Below the pieces are notes generated by a model. The model worked only from the letters and a program-made list of their open reading frames with translations, made no database searches and was not told where the DNA came from. A DNA stretch of 49,060 nt. Origin: Macrostomum lignano. Its lineage: Eukaryota. The position numbers and the translations under genes are program-made. Every line of letters starts with the position of its first letter. Within the stretch, counting starts at the first letter, position 1. Of the stretch, positions 1 to 9,862 are shown one piece after another. Location: NCBI GenBank assembly GCA_002269645.1, contig NIVC01003120.1:1-49060 (forward strand), read 5' to 3'.

Positions 1-735
1 GATGTCACCTGTTAGATATGGATTCACCTGTTAGATATGGATGTCACCTGTTAGATATGGATGTCACCTGTTAGATATGGATGTCACCTGTTAGATATGG
101 ATGTCACCTGTTAGATATGGATGTCACCTGTTAGACATGGATGTCACCTGTGAGACAGGGGTGTCACCTGTGAGACAGGAGTCACCTGTGAGACTGGGGT
201 GTCACCTGTGAGACTGGGTGTCACCTGTGAGACTGGGTGTCACCTGTGAGACAGGGGAGTCACCTGTGAGACTGGGGTGTCACCTGTGAGACTGGGGTGT
301 CACCTGTGAGACAGGGAGTCACCTGTGAGACTGGGGTGTCACCTGTGAGACTGGGGTGTCACCTGTGAGACTGGGGTGTCACCTGTGAGAGACTGGGGTG
401 TCACCTGTGAGACTAGTCATCTGTGAGACTGGGTGTCATCTGTGAGACTGGGGTGTCACCTGTGAGACTGGGGTGTCACCTCTGTGAGACTGGGGGTGTC
501 ACCTGTGAGACTGGGGTGTCACCTGTGAGACTGGACGGAGTCTCCCTGTGAGACTGGGTGTCATCTGTGAGACTTGGGTGTCATCTGTGAGACTTGGGTG
601 TCATCTGTGAGACTTGGGTGTCATCTGTGAGACTTGGGTGTCATCTGTGAGACTTGGGTGTCATCTGTGAGACTTGGGTGTCATCTGTGAGATAGGGGAG
701 TCATCTATGAGACTTGGGTTCATCTGTGAGACAAG
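1..735. repeat. Minisatellite array, ~20-bp unit drifting from GATGTCACCTGTTAGATATG to GGGTGTCACCTGTGAGACTG to GGGTGTCATCTGTGAGACTT
   Basis: Visible tandem periodicity; ends just before the acceptor at 755-756, so it is probably intronic. Confidence 0.95.
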
Positions 736-756
736 CCCGATATTCATCCATTTCAG

Positions 757-1337
757 CCGATTTCACCAAAACGAAGGCGGCCTTCATCATCGGTCTGATG
801 GCGTCCGCAGCCTCCTGGGCATCGGCATCGTGAGAATGAGGCTGGACAGTTTGCGCCGGAAGCAAAACCCTGTGAATGATGTTTGTGAGCAGTCTGCTGG
901 CCTCCTGTGAGTCGGGGACTTGGGTTCGGGGTTTGGGATTCTCGATAGATCTGGATTCGAGTCTCGGACCTTCCCTCCGCTCCCCACAGTCCTATGGCCT
1001 GCTGGTGACCGTGGCAGTCTGGGGCGACTTCATCAATCACGGCGAGCGCAACGCACTGCACCGCAACGTGCTGCCCTGGTCCTACTGGGTGGCCGTGGCG
1101 GCGGCTGTCCTGCAGTTCCTGGCCTTCCTGTTGTACATCATCCGATCCGACTTCAAGGACTCGCCTGGCGCCGCCGCTGCGGAGGCGCCGCCACTGCCAC
1201 ACTTGCAGGCGCCGGTGGAAGCCGCCAACTGCAGAGCTTCACGGCTGACGCGCACGACGACAACGCCGAAGCCGGGGGTCGAGTTTTTGTTTAACTGCCT
1301 CAAGCATTCCTACGAGCTAGAACCTTGGAGTTGTTGA
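757..1337 (+). CDS. 3' exons of a PMP22/EMP/claudin-superfamily tetraspan membrane protein, reading frame disrupted
   Basis: Exon 757-906 (TTTCAG acceptor, GTGAGT donor) and last exon 990-1337. The last exon encodes GLLVTVAVWGDF...LPWSYWVAVAAAVLQFLAFLLYII (TM3, short loop, WSY, TM4, typical of the family). The upstream exon gives hydrophobic pieces (KAAFIIGLMASAA / LLGIGI / MMFVSSLLAS) only by switching frame. Confidence 0.5.
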
Positions 1338-1489
1338 CGAAATTGAAGAAAGCGCCGACATGTTGTGTAAATAACTTATTCAAGTATGCAGCCAAATATA
1401 ACCATGCTGTAGCTCTGTCTACGGTATAGCAAAGGAGTCAAAACAGCTTCTGAAACACCATGCGTTCGCGAAGCAATAATTTTCTGAAA

Positions 1490-4400
1490 TTACATGTATT
1501 CCCAAATCAGTGAAATTTGAGATCGGCACGACAATTTATATTTTGGTGCATCACTAAAATTAAAAAAGTTTAAATGAAATTCCCGTAGCAATTCAATCAC
1601 AAAAATGACTTGACTGTTATTTTTGCTTTCGATCAAAATTCGATTCTCATTTGTTTGTTGCTCCGTCGAGTCCCTGATGACGGCCTTGGACGTCGCAGGT
1701 CTGGTTGCGGAGAACACCGCTGTGTACACTGTGTGGCTGGAGGAAAGAGGACGGGCGGCAATGTGACTTGCATGAGCTTACACTGGTTTACGGATACCAT
1801 GTGCCCACTCAGCTGAATCCAAATCACATACAGGATGTGTATCTGTGCGCTCACTTCAGGCCTTGGGAGCTGACGGTCGTGAGCGTGGATCGCACAAGTC
1901 ACAGGCCCATTCTCATACTACGTTATCCATAGAATTTAGCACAGCAAATGCTTTTCACGGTAACTGAAGTACTGTCTACACTGGTTGAGTCGCAAAAAAA
2001 ATGAGTTTAATGAAATTCTCACTTGTTGTTTACCGGTGGCACGGACAGCACATTAAAGAGTCCCTCAAGGCTCAACCTGGCCTGACCCAGGCTATTCATG
2101 GCCTTGATTGCCGGGTCGCTGCAATGACAACGAAGTTCAACGCTGACGCATATGGTTGTGTTGGAAGCATCAGTACACTTTCAGAAAGCCATCTTACCGT
2201 CTGTCATCACCTGGCGGTGGCGGCATCCATGGGTCATAGTTGGTTTCAACAATGAACCACCTGTGCAATCAGGAGGGATTTTTACTTCATTAGCCTTTTC
2301 GATTGCTGAGATTTCGAGTTCATGTGCAGTGTGCGAACTACTCACTTGCCAGACTTCTGGTCCAGCTGGTTTGTGCCAAGCGTTTTGTACTGCGTGCGCA
2401 CCAGCACGATGCCCTGGTCGGTCTGGTTGCCAGAGATGATGTAATACACCGGGGCGATCAGCTGAGCGGATGACAGGCGGCTCACCACACTGGCAAAGTC
2501 CGTGTCCTGCTCGAAGGCCTGGGAAAAATAAAGTGAAAAGTAAATGCATGTTAAAGTACATGGCATTCGAGACCGTCCTTCTCTACATCGCTGAGGCGTG
2601 GACTCCGACGAGGCACCTTCAAACTTGGCGAACTCCATCCACATGGAGTTTTACTGCCCACAACCAGATGCTGATGATGATGACGTACGCAGTTTGCACT
2701 GCCAGCAAGGGGAAGCGCAGTCAAACTGCTTTAAGCAAAAAATTTATGCAGTGCCATTTGCTGCATCAGGCGCTGTTTACCTGCAGCAGAAAATTGCTCC
2801 CTTGAAAACCCTGTCTCAAAAGCTGCGAGAAAACGAGATAGAAAGACAGTTATTTTGGATGGATGGAAGCACAATGTCCCGCCATGTGCTCCAGGCAGAC
2901 GATGCATCTGCAATCTGCATAAACAAAAGCGGAGACCTGCACTGCCGCATCAGATGGCTGAGAGACAATAAGCCAGCATCGGGCTGCCTAGCAGGGCTCG
3001 AGTTACGGCCTGGTGAATTCCATTACTACCGGCGCATCCGGCTCTCGACAGCAACGATTAGGCTTTCAATAAGCTATCCATCGTCACAATCAGTAGAACT
3101 GCGAACGTGGCTTGCAATTGCTTTATGCAGAGCATTGTGTGAGTATCCTTCCGCAACGGCTTGGGCAACCTTCCAAAGTCAGTGACTGTATGCGCATACA
3201 CCTTTTCCCGTTCAATTTCAACAAATATGCAATACAATTCAGACAACTCGAAATTCATTTTCGATAATCTTTTTTTATACTTTCAATTGGACTTTCAAAT
3301 TAGACAAAGCAAACCTCGATTTAGACACCAGACATTCATTTTAGACAGCGGATATTCCATTTTTAAACAGTTTCTCAGTCAGAGCAATTTGTCTATGGTA
3401 AAAATTTAAGTCCTAAGGCAAAGCTCACATTCAATTTCGACAACTGTAATGCAATTTAGACACACTCATCTTAAGTACAGGGATGCCCACCTGTACTGGC
3501 GGCGAACTTTGCGTCCAAAGTTAAAGCTAAAGTGAAGTGAAAGTGAAGCTTTGCGTCCACACCAAGCTGATCGCAATCGACCACTTGTGGGACCAGGCGA
3601 TTAGAAACATTTATACGCCACATCCGGGTCACTCTAGGATCGGATTTACTTTAGGCTCGATTCTCTAGAATTCCTTTACTCCATGGAAGCGCGAGGAAAG
3701 CACCTGGATGAGATGCCTCGGTGTTTCTAGTCGAACGTGTTCGCCAAGTTTGCACTCTGCATCTGCAAAGGCAATAATCGCAAAACAGTACCTTATTGAA
3801 GTCAATTTGGAGATCCGATAGGTCGTCACGTCAGGCTGATGATGAAAAAGAAATCTGTTGGATTTTTGTACCTCGAAACAGCTTAGAAAGCAGCTTATTC
3901 AGGTGTAGTAGTATAGTAGTAGCGACGCGCAGAGGCCTCAAAGACACTAGCGCACAAGCGCTCGCAAAAAACCTAGGAGGGAAAGCGCATGGCCTCGCTG
4001 GAAGTCAGGTACAGGACGCGCAGATCGTCAATAAAAGTGCCAAGGAGGGTCACGCTGCCGGCTCGTCCTCGGCAAATCCCTCCTGAGCTGGGTCGGCAAC
4101 AGCGGCTGCCAGCGGGTTGTCTTCTCCCCGTCTGTGCCTCCAGGTGTAGTTGTGAAGAACTTCCTGACGGAATCGTTGATCTAGAACCTGCTTTGGTGGC
4201 CTCCGTCAGGAACTATTTCGACGTCTTCCAAATGGAACTATTTTGACCGTTCATTTGCTTTTTTATATACTAGTCTGCGCAATGAGTTGCTTTGGAATGA
4301 CGACCTGCATCAAGCCAATGCGACATACGAAAATCAGCGGGGCTTACCAAGCGGGTCATCATTGTCACAGGGTAGAGCTTGCCTCCGTTCAGCAGTTCCT

Positions 4401-6508
4401 GCAGAGCCGACACGATGTTGTTGATGAAGTTTCCTTTGTCTGCAAAGACGCAGTGCAGTGAATGTGTTGAGACTACCCGAAAAAGCTTAGAACTACATGC
4501 CTGAGAATGTTAGAGTGGCAGCTTGGAACATAGTGACGGTTTAGAACCAAGTCACTAAGATTGAAGATTTACAGTCAAACTCAAAAGAGAAAACTTAGAA
4601 TACGGAGATATTTTTAGAACACGGCGAGTGAAATTATAGCGCTTTTAATGTGGATGAACTACTGCGAGTAGTGCTGTGAAAATGTGGAAAACAATTTAAA
4701 AAGTCATCACTACGCGCCTCTCTCGTTGACGGTAATGGCGAACTGGTGCGGCTTCCAGCCGGTGAGGATGCCCGCATAGCCCGCAAAGGAGACGGCGGAA
4801 TAAAGCAGCTGAAATGGCGGGTATTTTCTGTACGCGATATTTATTTATGATATCGGGGTTCTTGCTTGAGCAACACCAGTGGTTACCTTGCCTCTTCTAT
4901 AAAAGTCGACCCTGATGGTGACCTTCTCCAGCATGTCAGTCTGGGGCATCGTGTTGCCGTAGTCCAAATTTCTTCCGTGCCAGAGGCCGCCGTTCCGGTC
5001 GTTGGCGATGATGCCGGTGCAGAAGCTGCAGCAAAAAGGGCAGATTTGATTGCTGGAAGAACTTTCTGGCTGCGGTTGCCTGACGAGTTTGCTAGCTGGT
5101 TTCTAGGAAACTAAGACTGGGTTCAAGCAATGCGTGTACAGTTGGTTTTATACTGGTATTTAATGCTTATTTCGGGTTTGCGTGTCTCCAGGAGTGACAA
5201 ACTGATCCAGCATCCATTTAGAAGAGGCAAAAGCCTACGCGGTGACATCGTAGATCAGATTGAGCAGCACGATGTCTCCGAGTGACGCATTCACCGTCTT
5301 CGAAATGCCTAAAAAGTGCATTAGTTATTGGGATCATCTAATTTGGTTGAGGCAGGGTTGAACTGCTAAACAGGGTATTTTACATTGGTGCATTCGAAGG
5401 TTCCTCTCACCTAACAACTCCGCTCCATAGTCGGCCGGCAGGTGGGTGTCCAAATCTGCAGCAATTACGTCTGCCAGGTACTTCAACTCCAGAGGTACTG
5501 ATCTGAAAATTTTCTGTGTTATCTTCGTGGGCGAATACACATTATAATCCTATAAATGGGCGAATTTTGTTTTAAATGCGTTTCCATAGCACCCAACACG
5601 ACCATTCCTTTGCCCCAACCCCTAATGATCTGAAAACTGAGCCTCCAATGTACACTCACTATTCACTGAAACCTCTGCCCCGAAACTCACTATTCACTGA
5701 AACCTCTGCCCCGAATGTACACTCACTATTCACTGAAACCTCTGCCCCGAATGTACACTCACTATTCACTGAAACCTCTGCCCCGAATGTACACTCACTA
5801 TTCACTGAAACCTCTGCCCCGAATGTACACTCACTATTCACTGAAACCTCTGCCCCGAATGTACACTCACTATTTACTGAAACAAACCTCTGCCCCGAAT
5901 TTACACTCACTATTCACTGACTCTGCCCCGAATGTACACTCACTATTTACTGAAACATCTGGGCCTCGAATGTACACTCACTGCTTACTGAAGCTTCTGC
6001 CCCAATGCACACTCACAATTTACGGAAACCCTTGCCCCAATGCACTCTCACTATTTACTGAAACCCTTGCCCCAATGTACACTTTCTATTTGCTGAAACC
6101 TCTGCCCCCGATGTATAGTGAGGCCAACCCTATCCTCCGGCCGTCCCGTACATTGAGGACAGAACTCTATCTCACTTCACTGACGGTATTAAGAAACCGT
6201 TTCATCCCTCTCTACTAGAGTTTTTGTATTGCAGAACTCCACAACGGCAATGGTGTAGTAACTCACCCCAGAAACGCTTTGATCAACTGCTGCGTGTCGG
6301 CTTTGAAGTCGGCCACCACCGCGGCCCACCTGGTGGCTGGGTCCTGGTCCAGGTCAACCCGGTAGAGCGGAGGGGCCCGGCCAGCGCCGCGGGGGACCGG
6401 CTGAGCCTGGCCAATGAGGGCCAGCGGGACAGCGAGCCCGGAGGTCCCAGCAGCCACCAGCGCCAGCAGAACCGCCGCCCCAGTTACGGCGCGCCAGTTT
6501 GTCCACAT
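1490..6508 (-). CDS. NAAA: N-acylethanolamine acid amidase / acid ceramidase-like Ntn hydrolase, 10 exons
   Basis: Exons (minus): 6508-6267, 5502-5411, 5308-5239, 5025-4887, 4808-4718, 4439-4348, 2518-2346, 2260-2198, 2118-2023, 1736-1490; phases are consistent. Signal peptide, PPLYRVDLDQDPATRW, catalytic Cys in AFCTGIIA, HGRNLDY, NERDKG, LIAPVYYIISG, WFIVETNYD, PPVNNNHTVYT. Confidence 0.93.
2560..3000 (+). mobile_element. Degenerate 3' fragment of an RTE-like non-LTR retrotransposon inside a NAAA intron
   Basis: FETVLLYIAEAWT resembles the RTE post-RT motif (S/T)VLLYGxE(T/S)WT. EFYCPQP and LSQKLRE pieces occur in other frames. No RT core or TSD seen. Confidence 0.4.
5630..6110. repeat. 36-bp minisatellite (CCCCGAATGTACACTCACTATTCACTGAAACCTCTG) in NAAA intron 1
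   Basis: Tandem periodicity; 12-aa repeating translations. Confidence 0.95.
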
Positions 6509-7056
6509 TTTTAGCTTCAAGCAACTCTGGAAATTCTGCTAAAGCAAAAGCAACTCAGCAAACTTGATCGCATAAGGTTACTTTAAGAGCTTTAGCTAAC
6601 TAAATAAGGCAGATAAGCCGGGCCCCAGTTCAGTATCAAACAGAAGGACTTGCATTGCAGCGCTCAAAGCAGATCTATTTTTAGATGCTTCGCAAGCCTG
6701 CAAAAGTGCGGCTCAGTTATAACAAACTGCTAATGTCGTTTTTTTTTGTATCTGCGGGCGGAGTTGAAGGCGAGATACAAGAGCTGGCTAGGCTTAGAAA
6801 CACAAGCCCGAGCCGCCGGTCTCCATGGTCGCGGAGCAGCTGCCCTCTAGCCGCAGTGTGTGCAACGCAGGCTCGTACATTGGATAATTGGCTACACAAG
6901 ACTCGAATAATAGGAGGCGCAGGGGTGAGAGACGGGCACAGCGAAGTGTGGAGGGCAGGTGAGCGTATAATAAAGCTTAAGCTGCCACCTCAGACAGCCC
7001 TGTCTGTTGCTGCTTTGTGTCTTCCTACTGAAATTGTTTCGAGTTATCAACCAGAG
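6509..7056. promoter_or_regulatory. Probable bidirectional promoter between head-to-head NAAA and calmodulin-like genes
   Basis: About 550 bp between divergent ATGs at 6508 (-) and 7057 (+), repeat-free. Inference from gene geometry only. Confidence 0.45.
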
Positions 7057-8542
7057 ATGGCAGCGGTGTCCGCGGTTCCTGAGCAGTACTACGCTGCTCT
7101 GCAAGAGGCCGGCGTGTCAGTTGAGGAGGCCAGCAGGCACTACTTGGTGTTCAAGATGTTCGACAAGGACAACTCAGACACCATGGACGCTGGAGAGTTA
7201 TTTGCCTGCCTGCAGGTATGTTCAATTAATCTGCTCTTCTCGCCGTAATACTCGTAAAATCCGTTCCTGCCGGCGGGTTTGGCAGGGCTGGCCATAGAAT
7301 ATCGCTGCCCAAGTTCAACACTCCGCTCAGGAATCTGATGGCTCCTCATACGCTCGTATTGTCAAGCGTTGCTGACCAATACTCGGCCGGAACTCTCTGA
7401 GAACTTGTCTCACCCATAGACTAAAACTTGATCTCTTCAGAGCAAACTCCCACCTCACGCCCTCCCCCAACGCCTCCCTCAGCAGACTTCCACCTCACCC
7501 CCTGCCCCAACCCCCTCAGTAGACACCCACCTCACGCCCTCCCCTAACCCCTCGCTCAGCAGACACCCACCTCACGCCCTGCCCCAACGCCTCCCTCAGC
7601 AGACTTCCACCTCACCCCCTGCCCCAACCCCCTCAGTAGACACCCACCTCACGCCCTCCCCTAACCCCTCGCCCTATCCCCAATCACAGGTGATGGGCCA
7701 GGCTCCAAAGTCGAAAGAGGAGGTCGAAGAACTGCTTAAATTGTACGACAAGGACGCCAGCGGTTCCATGAACTTTGTGGAATTTTCCCAGTTGATGGGT
7801 CAGGTGTGCAAGCCGCCTCAGGCTGTCCGCGACGATTTGATGGCGAGCTTCCAGAAGCTGGATAAAGACAACAGCGGCTACATCGAGCGAGACGAACTGC
7901 ACGATGCGATCTTCGGCTCGGGGAATTCCGCCCTCACCGAGAAGGAGTTCGACAAGCTCATGCGAGAGGCGGATGCCAACGGGGATGGCAAGATCGACTA
8001 CTCCGGTGAGGGCTGGGTGCAGGGTTGGGTGCAGGGTTGGGTGTAGGGTTGGGTGCAGGGGTGGGTGCAGGGTTGGATGCAGGGTTGGGTGCAGGGTTGG
8101 GTGTGGGTTTTGGCGCAGGTTTGGGTGCAGGGTTGGGTGCAGGATCAGGGTTACCCCTTTACCCATCCAAACCTGCACTAAGTTGCCATGAGCAGACAAA
8201 AGCTGTCAGTTACATGTACTTCGCACCAGTTATCAATCTTACATCTGAAAGATTTAACAGCCAACCAAACAAGCTGAGCTCCGAATTTCCTTCCCGGCCG
8301 CAACTCAAACCAAACTTCTCCGATCCGCAGAGTTTCTGAGCACTCTGATGACGGACATCACGAAGATGATTGAGACTAAAAAGCAGAAAGTCCACGACAA
8401 AGGCTCCGGTGGCGGCGATGGGGACAAGAAGAAGGGGGGCCACGGCCACAAGCAGCGAAGCCACAGCCGTGGCAGCCGCGGCAGCAGATCGCGGAGCAGC
8501 AGCCGAGGCAGTCACAGATCCCGGCACTCGAAGTCGTCTTAA
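7057..8542 (+). CDS. Calmodulin-like four-EF-hand protein with C-terminal Lys/Gly/His and Arg/Ser-rich tail, 3 exons
   Basis: Exons 7057-7215, 7690-8005, 8331-8542 (GT-AG, phases 0 and 1 match). EF loops DKDNSDTMDAGE, DKDASGSMNFVE, DKDNSGYIERDE, DANGDGKIDYSE. Confidence 0.9.
7440..7680. repeat. C-rich ~39-bp repeat (117-bp higher-order period) in intron
   Basis: CAGCAGACTTCCACCTCACC recurs 117 bp apart. Confidence 0.85.
8010..8145. repeat. 12-bp G-rich repeat (GGGTGCAGGGTT) in intron
   Basis: Direct reading; starts just after the GTGAG donor. Confidence 0.9.
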
Positions 8543-8689
8543 CTGCTTCGATAATTAAAGACTGGTTTTCAGCCACCGCCCCTCGCTTCTCAGTAAATAT
8601 ATATTGGGGGATTAATTATATACTTTTGGTAAACTTCTGCTGATCGTTTTAATTGTTTTCACAAACGATGTCTCTCACTGTCCTCACCT

Positions 8690-9075
8690 CACCTCACCGA
8701 TATAGACTATAGACTGTACACAGGAATGTACATTGGCATAGCAGCTCTGACCTCACCGATATAGACTATAGACTGTACACAGGGAATGTACATTGGCATA
8801 GCAGCTCTGACCTCACCGATATAGACTATAGACTGTACACAGGGAATGTACATTGGCATAGCAGCTCTGACCTCACCGATATAGACTATAGACTGTACAC
8901 AGGGAATGTACATTGGCATAGCAGCTCTGACCTCACCGATATAGACTATAGACTGTACACAGGGAATGTACATTGGCATAGCAGCTCTGACCACACCGAT
9001 ATAGACTATAGACTGTACACAGGGAATGTACATTGGCATAGCAGCTCTGACCACACCGATATAGACTATAGACTG
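8690..9075. repeat. 60-bp tandem repeat, about 6 near-identical copies
   Basis: Successive 60-nt lines are essentially identical. Confidence 0.97.
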
Positions 9076-9606
9076 AATCTACAGTGTACACAGGAAGTTT
9101 CCACGGAGATTTACCTGTTTCATATTTGAAGTTCTGAGGTATATGTTACCTTTAATGTACACGTCAGATGTTAATAGTATAAAATATTTGCAGCACAAAT
9201 TTTTATTTGAATCAATAAACCAGTGAAAGCAGACGCTGATTTCACACGGGATGTGTCAAGAGTTGATACTCAATTATCAACTTCTGAATACATAAATCAG
9301 GTGGTTTGAAAACAGACAAAATTGAAATTGGAAAGAAGAGAATACAGAAAAACTAATTTCATAATTATCCGGTGAACAATTTTTTTGCTATTAGTAAAGC
9401 TAGCAAAGCAACTGGAGAAAGCAGGGTGACGACGGCAGCTAAATACGAGCAAATACCGACAAGCAGCCCTGCTTCTAAGAGAAAACAGAGATGTAATAAC
9501 CAAATAGAAATCTGAATAAGTGATGAAATTTGTGGCACTTTTTAATTTATAGCACTGAATCCAGGCAACCAGGCCAATCAGATATCATTTTGCACCTCTG
9601 TCTAAT

Positions 9607-9862
9607 ACCAGCTCCCCAGTGTCTAACGGCAGCTCCCCAGTGTCTAATGGCAGCTCCCCAGTGCCTAATGGCAGCTCCCCAGTGCCTAATGGCAGCTCCC
9701 CAGTGTCTAATGGCAGCTCCCCAGTGCCTAATGGCAGCTCCCCAGTGTCTAATGGCAGCTCCCCAGTGTCTAATGGCAGCTCCCCAGTGTCTAATGGCAG
9801 CTCCCTGTGTCTAATGGCAGCTCCCTATGTCTAATGGCAGCTCCCTATGTCTAATGGCAGTT
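9607..9862. repeat. 21-bp minisatellite (CCAGTGTCTAATGGCAGCTCC) overlapping the RBCK1 stop codon and 3' UTR
   Basis: Tandem periodicity. Confidence 0.93.
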
